From an uncultured Clostridia bacterium (GTDB taxonomy: Bacteria > Bacillota > Clostridia > Christensenellales > CAG-138), in assembly GCA_934633985.1 (NCBI GenBank), contig CAKTYU010000001.1, positions 93,500 to 157,499 on the forward strand: DNA of 64,000 nucleotides, in the 5' to 3' direction. Shown piece by piece: positions 32,853 through 43,559 of the stretch (the stretch's first letter is position 1; each line of letters starts with the position of its first letter). A program made the translations under genes and the position numbers. Under the pieces are notes generated by a model that ran no database searches, was not told the origin of the DNA, and saw nothing but the letters and a program-made list of their open reading frames with translations.

Positions 32853-33686
32853 ATGGATAGCGGCAGGAAAACCAGAGTGATAGTAGGCGTGCTGCTGGGG
32901 TTGCTCTTCGTGGGCATAGTGGCGTTCGGCAGCGTGTTCCGCACCGTGGTATTTACCGTGGCGGCGGTGATAGCGGTATATGAGATGTCAAACATGATCT
33001 ATAAAAAGACGGAGAAGAATATATTCGCGGCGCCCGCATACGTCTTTGCGGCGCTGTGCTTTCCGATAGCTGCGGCGACGAAGGAAAACGCCGCTACCGC
33101 AGTGATGCTCCTCGGCGCGCTGTGCCTGATACTGGTTGCGGCGGAGAGGATATTCAACAAGCTGCGCACCACGGAGGAGAGCATATACTCCGCGTTCATG
33201 CTCATATACCCCATGTCGCTGTTTGGGATGCTGGCGCTGATAATGCCCGCCGACGGGCTCGTATCGCCCAAAAACGTGGGTCTGCTGCTGGTATTCATAT
33301 GCCCGCTCATGGGCGACATGCTGGCCTATTACATAGGCTCCTCCATGGGCAAGCGAAAGCTTTGCCCCGAGATAAGCCCTCATAAGACGGTTGAGGGAAG
33401 CTATGGAAGCTTTCTTGGCGGACTGCTGGGCGGCTTCGCGTGCTTCCTGCTGCAATTCATATGGGGGCTGCGCCTGCCCATACTTCCCATGCTGCTTGTG
33501 GGTATTATCTGCGGAGGAGTAGGGCAGATAGGCGACCTGTTTGCGTCCGTCATAAAACGCTGGGCAGGGGCAAAGGATTACGGCAACATATTTCCCGGCC
33601 ATGGCGGGGTGATAGACAGGTTGGACAGCGTGCTCATGTGCGCACCGGTGGTGCTGTGTTACGTATGGCTCAGTATGCTGGGCTAA
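32853..33686 (+). CDS. cdsA: Phosphatidate cytidylyltransferase
   Basis: Polytopic, with the C-terminal SVIKRWAGAKDYGNIFPGHGGVIDRLDS signature. Confidence 0.9.
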   Translation: MDSGRKTRVIVGVLLGLLFVGIVAFGSVFRTVVFTVAAVIAVYEMSNMIYKKTEKNIFAAPAYVFAALCFPIAAATKENAATAVMLLGALCLILVAAERIFNKLRTTEESIYSAFMLIYPMSLFGMLALIMPADGLVSPKNVGLLLVFICPLMGDMLAYYIGSSMGKRKLCPEISPHKTVEGSYGSFLGGLLGGFACFLLQFIWGLRLPILPMLLVGIICGGVGQIGDLFASVIKRWAGAKDYGNIFPGHGGVIDRLDSVLMCAPVVLCYVWLSMLG

Positions 33687-33698
33687 AGGAATGTAATA

Positions 33699-34841
33699 AT
33701 GAAGAATATAGCTGTTTTGGGCTGCACCGGCTCCATAGGCAGGCAGACCCTTGACGTTATCAGGGCCAATCCGGATAGGTTCCGGGCGGCTGTTCTTTGC
33801 GCGGGCGGAGACGCCGGGGCCATGCTCAAGGCGGCGGAGGAATTTCGCCCGGATTATATCGCCATGGCGGACGAGGCCGCGGCGGAGAGGCTAAGGCAAA
33901 GCGGGATAAGGGCAAGGATAGCGGGCGGCGAGCAGGCGGTGCTGGAGGCGGCGGCCTGTGAGGACGCCGACATAATAGTAAACGGCATAAGCGGCTTTTT
34001 TGGCATGAAGCCGCTGCTTGCGGCGCTGGAGGCGGGCAAGACCGTCGCCCTTGCCAACAAGGAAAGCATAGTCTGCGCCCACGATCTGGTAAATGCCGCG
34101 CTGAAAAAGGGCGGGGCCATAATACCGGTGGACAGCGAGCAGAGCGCCATATTTCAATGCATGGCGGCGGGAAGCCGCGGCGAGATACAGAGGCTCATAC
34201 TTACGGCCTCCGGCGGCCCCTTCAGGGAATATACAAGGGAGCAGCTAAGGGCCGTCACGCCGGAGCAGGCGGGGAATCACCCCACATGGAGGATGGGGCA
34301 AAAGATTACCATAGACTCCGCTACACTTTTCAACAAGGGCCTTGAAATAATGGAGGCCAGCTATCTTTTCGACGTGCCGGGGGAAAGGATAAGCGTGCTG
34401 GTGCATCCCGAGTCAATAGTGCATTCCATGGTTGAATATACGGACGGGTGCAATATGGCCCAGCTATCCAGGCCGGATATGCGGCTTGCGATACAGTACG
34501 CGCTCACATATCCCGACAGGATCCCCGGCGAGTTCGGAAGGCTCCGTCTGGAGGAGGTCGGCAAAATAACCTTTTACGCGCCGGATACCGATAAATTTCC
34601 GGCGATACCCATGGCGTATGAGGCGCTGCGCGAGGGCGGGGCGCTGCCCATAGTTTATAACGGCGCGAACGAGGCGGCGGTGGATATGTTCATACGGGGC
34701 AAAATACGCTTTGACGAGATAGCCGGCGTGGTCGGATACGCCCTGAACAGGGCGGACAGGGGGAATATACTCTCCCTTGAGGACATAATAAAGACAGACA
34801 GGCAGGCGAGAAGGCTTGCATTTGAGAAAGGAAACGCATAA
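33699..34841 (+). CDS. dxr: 1-deoxy-D-xylulose 5-phosphate reductoisomerase
   Basis: Contains LGCTGSIG, LANKESIV, VDSEQSAIFQC and HPTWRMG. Confidence 0.95.
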   Translation: MKNIAVLGCTGSIGRQTLDVIRANPDRFRAAVLCAGGDAGAMLKAAEEFRPDYIAMADEAAAERLRQSGIRARIAGGEQAVLEAAACEDADIIVNGISGFFGMKPLLAALEAGKTVALANKESIVCAHDLVNAALKKGGAIIPVDSEQSAIFQCMAAGSRGEIQRLILTASGGPFREYTREQLRAVTPEQAGNHPTWRMGQKITIDSATLFNKGLEIMEASYLFDVPGERISVLVHPESIVHSMVEYTDGCNMAQLSRPDMRLAIQYALTYPDRIPGEFGRLRLEEVGKITFYAPDTDKFPAIPMAYEALREGGALPIVYNGANEAAVDMFIRGKIRFDEIAGVVGYALNRADRGNILSLEDIIKTDRQARRLAFEKGNA

Positions 34842-35861
34842 ATGACGCTTTTGTCGATAGTCGGTGCGCTGCTGGTGCTTACGGTGCTGGTATTCGTGCA
34901 TGAGCTTGGACATTTTTACGCCGGCAAAAAGCTTGGCTTCCGCATAGACGAGTTCGCCATAGGCATGGGCCCTGTGGTTTGCAGCAAGGAGAAAAACGGT
35001 ACGCGCTTCGCCATACGTGCGCTGCCCATAGGCGGCCTGTGCGCCTTCCACGGCGAGGACGAGGGGGGATCCGATCCGGAGTGCTTCAACGCCCAGCCGG
35101 TATGGAAGCGCATGATAGTGGTGCTGGCCGGCCCGTTTATGAATATACTTCTGGCGGTGGTGCTGGCGATCATAATACTTATGACATACGGCGAGTATAT
35201 GCCAAAGATAACCGGCTTTACCGGGGAGAACACCCCGGCGGAGGCCGCGGGCATACAGGAGGGCGACATAATAACCGCCATAGACGGCAAGAGCATAACC
35301 TACTATGCGGAATGCACGGATTACATAAGGCAGGCGGATCACGCCGGCATAGAGGTAACGGTAAGGCGCGGCGGCAGCGACGTGACACTCACCGCCCGCG
35401 ACATATACGACCCTGAAAGCGGCAGCAACAGGCTGGGCATATACATCTCCCCCGAAAGGCTGCACTACGGCCTGCTTGAGGCTGCGACAAATTCGGTACG
35501 TTACACCTGCTATATTGTAAAAGAGATGTTCAAGGTGCTGGGCGGCCTGTTTACGGGAAGCGTAACCTCCGACGACGTTGCCGGGCCGGTGGGAACCATA
35601 AGCATAATAGGCCAGGCGGTGAGGGCAGGCTTTGAGGTAGTGCTGCGCCTCGGAGTGCTTATAAGCATCAACCTCGGCATAATGAACATACTGCCCATTC
35701 CGGCGCTGGACGGCGGAAGGTTCCTGTTCATGGTGATTGAGGCGATACGCGGCAAGCCCATACCTCCGGAGAAGGAGGGCATGATACACATGGCGGGGCT
35801 GATGCTGCTCTTCGGCCTTATGATAATGCTCACCGTGATGGACGTAAGCAAGCTGTTTTAG
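34842..35861 (+). CDS. rseP: RIP metalloprotease RseP/RasP (site-2 protease, M50)
   Basis: Contains HELGH, a PDZ segment and NILPIPALDGG. Confidence 0.9.
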   Translation: MTLLSIVGALLVLTVLVFVHELGHFYAGKKLGFRIDEFAIGMGPVVCSKEKNGTRFAIRALPIGGLCAFHGEDEGGSDPECFNAQPVWKRMIVVLAGPFMNILLAVVLAIIILMTYGEYMPKITGFTGENTPAEAAGIQEGDIITAIDGKSITYYAECTDYIRQADHAGIEVTVRRGGSDVTLTARDIYDPESGSNRLGIYISPERLHYGLLEAATNSVRYTCYIVKEMFKVLGGLFTGSVTSDDVAGPVGTISIIGQAVRAGFEVVLRLGVLISINLGIMNILPIPALDGGRFLFMVIEAIRGKPIPPEKEGMIHMAGLMLLFGLMIMLTVMDVSKLF

Positions 35862-35897
35862 CTGCGATATTGCAGGGAGATCTTTTTGGGGGGAAGG

Positions 35898-36956
35898 ATG
35901 AAAAATACAAGAAAAGTTATGGCAGGGGCGGTGCAGATAGGCGGCGGCGCCCCCGTCACCATACAGTCTATGACCAATACAGACACGGCGGACGCAATAG
36001 CTACCGCCGATCAGATATTGGCCCTTGAGGACGCGGGCTGCGAGATAGTCCGCTCTTCCGTGTACAATGAAGCATGTGCAAAGGCAATACCCGAGATAAA
36101 GAGCAGGATACACATACCCCTCGTCGCGGATATACATTTCGACTGGCGGCTCGCCATAGCCGCCATGGAAAACGGCGCGGACAAGCTGCGCTTCAACCCC
36201 GGCAACATAGGCGGGGAGGAAAATGTAAAAAGGCTGGCGGACTGCGCCAAGGCCCACCGCGTCCCCATGCGTATAGGCGTAAACGGCGGCTCTGCGGAAA
36301 AGGAGCTTATACGAAGGTACGGCGGCCCGAGGCCGGAGGCGCTGGTGGAGAGCGCCCTCAAGCACATAGGCCTGCTGGAAAGGCAGGGCTATTACGATAT
36401 GGTCGTATCCATCAAATCCTCCAGCGTGCCGGATACAGTCGAGGCTTACAGGCTGATGAGCAAAAAGTGCGATTATCCGCTGCATATAGGCGTTACGGAG
36501 GCGGGCGGCGGCGAAATGGCGCTCGTAAAGGCCGCCGCCGCCATGGGCGCGCTGCTGGTGGACGGCATAGGGGATACCATGCGCGTATCCATGACCGGAG
36601 ATCCGGTGCAGGAGGTTTACGCCGCTGAGAAGATACTAAAGGCCGTTGGGCTGAGAAAAGAGGGCGTGGAAATAGTGAGCTGCCCCACCTGCGGCAGGAC
36701 CTGCACAGACCTTCTCAGCGCCGCAAACCGGGTGGAGCGGGAGCTTTCCGAAATCATACCCAAGGGAAGGTACCTTAAGGTAGCCGTGATGGGCTGCGTC
36801 GTAAACGGCCCCGGCGAAGCGGCGGAGGCGGATATAGGCGTGGCCTTCGGCAAGGGCGGCTGCGCCCTGTTCAAGGGCGGCAAGCTCTTCAAAACTGTCC
36901 CTCTGGAAGCCGCCGTGGACGAGCTGATAGCCGAGGCGAGGACGATGATAGAATAA
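35898..36956 (+). CDS. ispG: 4-hydroxy-3-methylbut-2-en-1-yl diphosphate synthase
   Basis: Contains IGGGAPVTIQSMTNT, VSCPTCGR and GCVVNGPGEA. Confidence 0.95.
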   Translation: MKNTRKVMAGAVQIGGGAPVTIQSMTNTDTADAIATADQILALEDAGCEIVRSSVYNEACAKAIPEIKSRIHIPLVADIHFDWRLAIAAMENGADKLRFNPGNIGGEENVKRLADCAKAHRVPMRIGVNGGSAEKELIRRYGGPRPEALVESALKHIGLLERQGYYDMVVSIKSSSVPDTVEAYRLMSKKCDYPLHIGVTEAGGGEMALVKAAAAMGALLVDGIGDTMRVSMTGDPVQEVYAAEKILKAVGLRKEGVEIVSCPTCGRTCTDLLSAANRVERELSEIIPKGRYLKVAVMGCVVNGPGEAAEADIGVAFGKGGCALFKGGKLFKTVPLEAAVDELIAEARTMIE

Positions 36957-36960
36957 GCCT

Positions 36961-39900
36961 ATGGAACATAAGCTCTTGACAATATTCGAAAAATACGGCC
37001 TCGGGGACGGCGAGATAATCGACGCCGGATTGAACAGGCGCGAAAACTTGCTGACCGTTACCGTGCAGTGCGGTCATATAGCCAGCGCGGAGGACATAGC
37101 CCGCCTTGAGGGGGAGCTTTGCGCCCTCATGCCGGGCTGCCGCACAAAGGTCATAATCAGGTGCGGCGGGCTTTCGGCGCTGCTTTCCGACCGCGACCAG
37201 GCTACGCTTGGCGTGCTCAAAAAAACGTGGTGCGACATACTTCCGGTGTGCCGCCCCGCAATACACAGCTCAAGCTGGGACTATGAAGGCGGCACGCTCA
37301 GGGTAAGGATACCCGGGCGGGTATTCGAGCTGGCCTCCGATCCCAGGCACAGGGAGGCTGTAAGGGCTTATTACCTCGACAGGTACGGCATGGAGGCGGA
37401 CATAGAGCTCATCGCGGACGACGCCATGGAGCTTATGCTGCCCAAGGAGGAAAAGCCCGCCATGCAGCCTAAAAAGGCCGCGGATGCCAGGAAAAAGACG
37501 CCCCCCGACAGGGCGGATGTCATATATGGCAAGCCCATAAAAAAGACCGCCATAATCCAGCAGCGCGACGTGGACGAGACTATGGGCTACGTCACGGTAA
37601 AGGGCGAGATACTCTCCCTCGAAACTACAAAGCAGAAAAACGGCAGGACTATACTGACATTTGCCATAAGCGACCATACCAATACGCTGCCCTGCAAGAT
37701 GTTTCTCGAGGAGGGCGAGACGGGCATCGCCGATACCATAGCCGGCATACAGAAAAAAAAGGACATACTTATCGTCGCCGGAAAGTATATGATGGATCAG
37801 TGGCTCAGGCGAATGTGCGTATTCACGCGGGACGTGGGCTGGGAGCCAAGAGCGGTGCGCACGGACAAGTCCGAGGAGAAGCGCGTAGAGCTGCATCTTC
37901 ATACCAAGATGTCCAGCATGGACGGCCTGACAGACGTTAAGGACGCCATAAAGACCGCAGCCCGCTGGGGCCATAAGGCCATAGCAATAACGGATCACGG
38001 CGTGGTACACGCCTTCCCGGATGCGGTGGCACAGGCAGACAAGCTGAAAAAGGACGGCAAGGACATAAAAATACTGCTGGGCGTGGAGGGATACCTCATG
38101 CCGGACAGCGAGCTTATAAAGCGGCCGGAGCAATACGTGGCGATAGGAGTGGTAGCATATCCCGGCGTAAAGGAGGACGACGTATTCGAGATAGCCGCGC
38201 TCCGCTTTGACGGCGGCGGCGAAGGGGAAGGCATATCCATAACAGTCAACAGCGGCGCGGCGCTGACAGGCGCCATGGCTGAGGAAACGGGGCTCACGCA
38301 GGAGATGATAAACAACGGCGTGAGCCTGAAGGACGCTCTGAAGCAGCTGTATGACTTTATAGGCGATGGAGTGAAGGTGATACACGACCCGCTGGAGCTG
38401 AACAACCTGAGGCAGCACGGCCTGCGCTTTGATATGGAGCTGGACGCGCACTGTATAAGCACCTCCATGCTGTTCCATTACCTGCACAGGGAAAGCAAGC
38501 AGACGGATATGCCTGCCGCTGCGGAGGCGCTGGGGGTAGAGTACAGCGGCGGCAGGGCCATGGACAGGGCAAGGGCTTCCGCGAGGATAATGAAAGCCAT
38601 ACTGTCCGAGATGACCGCAAGGGGCATAGAAAAGCTGCCGGTCATAGACGCGGTCCCCAAGGAAAAGGGGAAGGGCCGCAGGCTCGCCTACCATATAATC
38701 ATAATGGCAAGGAACCACGAGGGGCTCATGAACCTTTACCGCCTCGTGTCATACGCGCACCTCGAGCATCTTCGCAAGGTGCCCCGGATACCCAGAAGCC
38801 TCCTCAATATGCACCGGGAGGGCCTGATAGTGGGCTCCGCCTGCGAGGCGGGCGAGCTTTTCCGGGCGGTGCTAAGGGGCGACAGCGAGGAAAAGCTCAT
38901 GTCCATAGCGGATATGTACGACTATCTTGAGATACAGCCCATAGGCAACAACGCCTTCCTCATGCGAAACGGCACGGTGGAGACAGAGGAGGGGCTGCGC
39001 GACCTCAACCGCAGGATAGTAGCCCTGGGCGACAAGATGGGCAAGCCCGTGGTAGCCACGGGGGACGTACACTTTCTGGAGCCGGACGATGCGCTTTTCC
39101 GCAGCATAATAATGCACGCAAGAGGCTTTGACGACGCGGAGCAGCAGGCCCCCCTATACTTCAAGACCACGGACGAGATGCTGGAGGAATTTTCCTATCT
39201 GGGCGAGGAAAAGGCGAGGGAGGTAGTTGTAACCAACCCCAACATGATAGCCGATAGCTGCGAGAGGATGAAGGCGTTCCTGTCTGAAAAGGGCACATAC
39301 GCCCCGACCTTTCCCGGCGCAAACGACGAGCTGAGGGATATGGCGCTGAAAAAGGCCCATGAGATATACGGCGACGAGCTGCCGGAGATCGTTCAGAAGC
39401 GCCTCGATAAGGAGCTGAATTCCATCATAGGCAACGGCTATTCCTCGCTGTACCTGATGGCCCAGCGCCTCGTGCATAAGTCGAACAGCGACGGATACCT
39501 CGTCGGTTCCCGAGGCTCCGTAGGCTCTTCCTTCGTGGCGAATATGGCGGGAATAACCGAGGTAAACGCCTTGCAGCCCCACTATGTCTGCCCCAACTGC
39601 CGGCATAGCGACTTCGACATAGACCGCACAAAATATGCCTGCGGCGTGGATATGCCGGATAAGGAATGCCCCGTGTGCGGAACGAAATACAAAAAGCTCG
39701 GCTATGAGATACCCTTCGAGGTGTTCCTGGGCTTCAAGGGGGATAAGACGCCGGATATAGACCTTAACTTCTCCGGCGATTATCAGCCTGTTGCGCATAA
39801 GTACGTCGAGGTGATGTTCGGCGAGGGCCATGCCTTCCGGGCCGGAACCATATCCGGCGTAAAGGACAAGATAGCCTACGGCTACGTCCGCTCCTACTGC

Positions 39901-41172
39901 GAGGCCAACGGCATAAACGCCGGAAAGGACGAGATGGACCGCATGGTGCAGGGCTGCACGGGGGTGAAAAAGACCACCGGCCAGCACCCGGGCGGCATAG
40001 TCATAGTGCCTAAGGAAAACGATATAATGGAGTTTACGCCGGTGCAGTACCCGGCGGACCGCAGCGAGGGCGATACCATAACCACCCACTTCGACTTCCA
40101 CGCCATGGACGACAGGCTGGTGAAACTGGATATACTGGGCCACGACGATCCGACGGTGCTTAGGATGCTTAAGGACATTACCGGCTTGGACCCCCAGACA
40201 ATACCCCTTGACGACCCCGAAACCATGAATATATTCCGCACCAGCGCGCCCCTCGGCGTTACGCTGGACGAGCTGGACTGCGACGTGGGCAGCATAGCCA
40301 TACCCGAGTTCGGCACCACCTTTGTGCGGCAGATGCTCAAGGACACGCGCCCCACCACAATGGAGGAGCTGGTAAGGATATCCGGCCTTTCCCACGGCAC
40401 GGACGTTTGGCTGGGCAACGCCCAGGATCTGGTGCTGAGCGGCACGGCGACGCTGTCGCAGGTGATATGCACCCGAGATGACATTATGAACTACCTTATA
40501 CTGAGGGGCGGCGACCCATCCATGTCCTTTAAGACCATGGAGAGCGTCCGCAAGGGCAGGGGGCTCACCCCGGAGATGGAGGAGCACATGCGCTCCATAG
40601 ATACGCCCCAGTGGTTCATAGACTCCTGCAAAAAGATAAAGTACATGTTCCCCCGCGCCCACGCAGCGGCCTACGTCATGATGGCCTTCCGAGTGGCCTA
40701 CTACAAGGTGCATATGCCCCTCGCCTTCTATTCCGTTTACTATACCGTCCGGGCGGACGCCTTTGACATAGCGCAGGCGGCGGGCGGCGCAAAGAAGGTG
40801 CTTGCCAACATAAACGCCATAAAGAAAAAGGGCAGCGACGCGGACAAGAAGGAGGAGGATCTGCTGACCGTGCTGGAGGTGGTCTTTGAAATGAACAAGC
40901 GCGGCATAGAGCTTTTGCCGGTAGACCTGTATAAATCAAAGGCCAGCCAGTTCATAATAGAGGACGGCAAGATACGCCCGCCCTTTTCATCGGTGGCGGG
41001 CGTGGGAGCCAACGCTGCCGTGGGCATTGCGGAGGGCGCAAAGGGCGGCCCGTATACCTCCATAGAGAATTTCCAGGCCCGCACCGGCGCCAACTCCGCC
41101 GTGATAAAGGCGCTTGCGGAGATAGGCTGCCTGAACGGGCTGCCGGAGACGGATCAGCTATGCCTGTTTTAG
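36961..41172 (+). CDS. polC: DNA polymerase III PolC-type (alpha subunit with intrinsic exonuclease)
   Basis: 1403 aa. Contains the PHP motif VELHLHTKMSSMDG, an exonuclease domain and the GSVGSSFVA polymerase core. Confidence 0.95.
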   Translation: MEHKLLTIFEKYGLGDGEIIDAGLNRRENLLTVTVQCGHIASAEDIARLEGELCALMPGCRTKVIIRCGGLSALLSDRDQATLGVLKKTWCDILPVCRPAIHSSSWDYEGGTLRVRIPGRVFELASDPRHREAVRAYYLDRYGMEADIELIADDAMELMLPKEEKPAMQPKKAADARKKTPPDRADVIYGKPIKKTAIIQQRDVDETMGYVTVKGEILSLETTKQKNGRTILTFAISDHTNTLPCKMFLEEGETGIADTIAGIQKKKDILIVAGKYMMDQWLRRMCVFTRDVGWEPRAVRTDKSEEKRVELHLHTKMSSMDGLTDVKDAIKTAARWGHKAIAITDHGVVHAFPDAVAQADKLKKDGKDIKILLGVEGYLMPDSELIKRPEQYVAIGVVAYPGVKEDDVFEIAALRFDGGGEGEGISITVNSGAALTGAMAEETGLTQEMINNGVSLKDALKQLYDFIGDGVKVIHDPLELNNLRQHGLRFDMELDAHCISTSMLFHYLHRESKQTDMPAAAEALGVEYSGGRAMDRARASARIMKAILSEMTARGIEKLPVIDAVPKEKGKGRRLAYHIIIMARNHEGLMNLYRLVSYAHLEHLRKVPRIPRSLLNMHREGLIVGSACEAGELFRAVLRGDSEEKLMSIADMYDYLEIQPIGNNAFLMRNGTVETEEGLRDLNRRIVALGDKMGKPVVATGDVHFLEPDDALFRSIIMHARGFDDAEQQAPLYFKTTDEMLEEFSYLGEEKAREVVVTNPNMIADSCERMKAFLSEKGTYAPTFPGANDELRDMALKKAHEIYGDELPEIVQKRLDKELNSIIGNGYSSLYLMAQRLVHKSNSDGYLVGSRGSVGSSFVANMAGITEVNALQPHYVCPNCRHSDFDIDRTKYACGVDMPDKECPVCGTKYKKLGYEIPFEVFLGFKGDKTPDIDLNFSGDYQPVAHKYVEVMFGEGHAFRAGTISGVKDKIAYGYVRSYCEANGINAGKDEMDRMVQGCTGVKKTTGQHPGGIVIVPKENDIMEFTPVQYPADRSEGDTITTHFDFHAMDDRLVKLDILGHDDPTVLRMLKDITGLDPQTIPLDDPETMNIFRTSAPLGVTLDELDCDVGSIAIPEFGTTFVRQMLKDTRPTTMEELVRISGLSHGTDVWLGNAQDLVLSGTATLSQVICTRDDIMNYLILRGGDPSMSFKTMESVRKGRGLTPEMEEHMRSIDTPQWFIDSCKKIKYMFPRAHAAAYVMMAFRVAYYKVHMPLAFYSVYYTVRADAFDIAQAAGGAKKVLANINAIKKKGSDADKKEEDLLTVLEVVFEMNKRGIELLPVDLYKSKASQFIIEDGKIRPPFSSVAGVGANAAVGIAEGAKGGPYTSIENFQARTGANSAVIKALAEIGCLNGLPETDQLCLF

Positions 41173-41210
41173 GTAGGGCCGGCGCGGCGCTTTGATGTGA
41201 AATAATATGC

Positions 41211-41239
41211 TTGCATTAAGGCGCCGCCTATGGTACAAT
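41211..41239 (+). promoter_or_regulatory. Putative promoter of the rimP-nusA-infB operon
   Basis: TTGCAT (41211..41216), 17-nt spacer, TACAAT (41234..41239). Confidence 0.55.
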
Positions 41240-41286
41240 TTTGCTGTTGGTATATGGCAGGTTTGCTGTATTTTAGTTTTCAAGTA

Positions 41287-41315
41287 AGAGTGGGCGCGTC
41301 CTGCTCTTTTGTTTT
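41287..41315 (+). terminator. Terminator-like hairpin in the rimP-nusA leader (candidate NusA-responsive attenuator)
   Basis: AGAGTGGG...CCTGCTCT forms an 8-bp stem with 2 G-U pairs, followed by TTTTGTTTT. It lies about 20 nt before the rimP SD. Confidence 0.4.
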
Positions 41316-41333
41316 GAATAGCGGAGGAATATA

Positions 41334-41861
41334 ATGAAAACCACCCAAACAGTGGAAGCTCTTCTCCGGCCGGTAGTTACAGGCATGGGCTACGAGCTGG
41401 ATGAGGTAGAGTTTCAGAAGGAGCAGGGTAATTGGGTGCTGACCCTGTACATAGAGCATCAGGACGGAAGAAGCGCCACCATAGACGACTGCGAGGCGGT
41501 GAGCCGGGCCGTAGACCCCATATTGGACGAAGTAGACCCAATAGAGCAGGCATACTACCTCAGTGTGTCCTCAATAGGCATCGACAGGCCGCTTAAAAAG
41601 GATAGGGACTATCAGCGCAGCATCGGCAGCCCCATTACGGTAAAGCTCTACGCCCCGCTCAAGGGCAAAAAGGAGTATACGGGCGAGCTTTTGTCATATA
41701 CGCCCGATTCCTTCACCATAAGCGTAAAGGGCGAGGAGATGACCTTCCAGAAAAAGGACGCTTCAAAGGTGCAGCCCTATATAGACTTCAAGGCTCTGGA
41801 AAAGGACCTTGACGAATTAGAAGCAGATTTTGAAAATATAGAGACAGAAGAGGAGAATTGA
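41334..41861 (+). CDS. rimP: Ribosome maturation factor RimP
   Basis: 175 aa in the conserved position before nusA. Contains LEVSSPGIDRPL-like SVSSIGIDRPL. Confidence 0.9.
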   Translation: MKTTQTVEALLRPVVTGMGYELDEVEFQKEQGNWVLTLYIEHQDGRSATIDDCEAVSRAVDPILDEVDPIEQAYYLSVSSIGIDRPLKKDRDYQRSIGSPITVKLYAPLKGKKEYTGELLSYTPDSFTISVKGEEMTFQKKDASKVQPYIDFKALEKDLDELEADFENIETEEEN

Positions 41862-41863
41862 CA

Positions 41864-42952
41864 ATGAACGCCGAATTCATAGAGGCACTGAATGCCATAG
41901 AGAAAGAGCGCGGGATAAGCAAGGATATACTGATAGACGCATTTGAATCCGCATTGATAGCGGCATACAAGCGCAACTACGGCGCAGTGGGAAACGTCCG
42001 CGCCACAGTGGATAGGGATACGGGAGAGGTGCAGATATTCGCCTCCAAGACCGTCACCGAGACGGTGGAAAACCCCTATGCGGAGATATCTCTTGCCGAG
42101 GCGAAGAAGATCAATTCCCTCTATGAAGTGGGCGACGTTCTGGAGGAGGAGGTAGACCCCCGCAAATTCGGCCGCATAGCGGCCCAGACCGCCAAGCAGG
42201 TGGTGGTTCAGCGCATTAGAGAGGCCGAGCGCGGCGTCATATTCGATGAATTCGTAGAGAAGGAAAACGAGGTGCTTACCGCCATAGTCCAGCGGGTAGA
42301 GAAGAACGGCATCTATGTAGAGCTGGGCAAGACAGACGGCTTCCTTGCCGCCTCCGAGACCATAGCGGGGGAGACTTATAATACCAGCGACAGGCTGAAG
42401 GTTTACGTCCTTGAGGTGCGTAAGACCAACAAGGGCCCGCAGGTAATAGTTTCCCGTACCCACCCCGGCCTTGTTAAGAGGCTTTTCGAGCTGGAGGTTC
42501 CCGAGATACAGACCGGCATAGTCCAGATAAAGTCCATAGCGCGGGAGGCGGGCTTCCGCACCAAGGTGGCCGTTTATTCTTCCGACCCTCAGGTGGACGC
42601 CGTGGGCGCCTGCGTGGGCCAGAAGGGGATAAGGGTAGAGCGCATAGTAAACGAGCTGCATAACGAAAAGATAGATATAATAGAGTGGGATCCCGATCCG
42701 GCAGTATATATTGCCAAGTCCCTTAGTCCTGCCCGTGTTATGATGGTATACATCAACGAGGCGGAAAAGGCCGCAAAGGTGATAGTGCCAGACAATCAGC
42801 TTTCCCTTGCTATCGGCAAGGAAGGCCAGAACGTCCGCCTTGCCGCCAAGCTCACAGGCTGGAAGATAGATATAAAGAGCCAGAGCCAGGCCGAGGAGGA
42901 CATGGATATAGCGGACGCCGACAGCGAGGCGGACGGCGGCTTCGAGGAATAG
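41864..42952 (+). CDS. nusA: Transcription termination/antitermination factor NusA
   Basis: Contains EFIEALNAIEKERGISKD, an S1 domain and two KH domains (GACVGQKGIRV, LAIGKEGQNVRLA). Confidence 0.95.
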   Translation: MNAEFIEALNAIEKERGISKDILIDAFESALIAAYKRNYGAVGNVRATVDRDTGEVQIFASKTVTETVENPYAEISLAEAKKINSLYEVGDVLEEEVDPRKFGRIAAQTAKQVVVQRIREAERGVIFDEFVEKENEVLTAIVQRVEKNGIYVELGKTDGFLAASETIAGETYNTSDRLKVYVLEVRKTNKGPQVIVSRTHPGLVKRLFELEVPEIQTGIVQIKSIAREAGFRTKVAVYSSDPQVDAVGACVGQKGIRVERIVNELHNEKIDIIEWDPDPAVYIAKSLSPARVMMVYINEAEKAAKVIVPDNQLSLAIGKEGQNVRLAAKLTGWKIDIKSQSQAEEDMDIADADSEADGGFEE

Positions 42953-42968
42953 TTTTGGAGGATCAGCA

Positions 42969-43241
42969 ATGCCTGCTAAGAAGGTGCCTATGAGAATGTG
43001 CGTGGGCTGCCGCGAGATGAAGCCAAAGAAAGAGCTGCTGCGCATAGTTCGCTCTCCCGAGGGCGAAATAAGCGTGGACCGCACCGGCAAGGTCTCCGGC
43101 CGCGGAGCGTACATATGCGCCAACGCGGAGTGCCTGAACAGGGCCCGCAAAATAAAAGCGCTGGAAAGGGCGCTGGAGCACGGAATAGAGGACGAGGTTT
43201 TTTCAAGGCTCGCTTCGGAGATAACCGGCGATGCAGAATGA
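42969..43241 (+). CDS. ylxR: YlxR/RnpM family RNA-binding protein (DUF448)
   Basis: Contains RMCVGCREMKPKKELLRIV...GRGAYIC. Confidence 0.9.
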   Translation: MPAKKVPMRMCVGCREMKPKKELLRIVRSPEGEISVDRTGKVSGRGAYICANAECLNRARKIKALERALEHGIEDEVFSRLASEITGDAE

Positions 43242-43539
43242 CCGTCTGCGTACAGCTCTGGGCTTTGCGGCCAAGGCCGGGAAGTGCATATCAGGCGACT
43301 TTGGCGCGGAAAGGGCCGTGAAGGACAAAAAAGCCCTCATAATAGCCCTTGACAGCGGCGTGTCCGCCGCAACGCGGGAGCGCTACGAGGGAATGTGCCA
43401 AAGAGCCGGCATACCCTGCGTGTATCTCGAAGACCTTGGCAGGGCGATAGGAAAGGATAACCGCATGATAGCCGCGGTGACAGAGGCGGGCTTTGCCCGT
43501 ATGATAGAAGAGACGTATAAGACTTCACAGCAAAAGTAA
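43231..43539 (+). CDS. L7Ae/L30e-family ribosomal-protein-like protein (YlxQ)
   Basis: 102 aa. Contains [13 protein letters not shown] and lies between ylxR and infB. Confidence 0.8.
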   Translation: MQNDRLRTALGFAAKAGKCISGDFGAERAVKDKKALIIALDSGVSAATRERYEGMCQRAGIPCVYLEDLGRAIGKDNRMIAAVTEAGFARMIEETYKTSQQK

Positions 43540-43559
43540 CATACCGGGGGGTAATATCT

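Noticed and set aside
34464-43150. Long minus-strand ORFs (34464..36485, 37270..38718, 39154..40713, 41777..43150) lie across rseP, ispG, polC, rimP and nusA.
   Set aside because: All are antisense to highly conserved housekeeping genes whose products I can recognise by motif. They are artefacts of stop-codon depletion in antisense frames of GC-rich genes.
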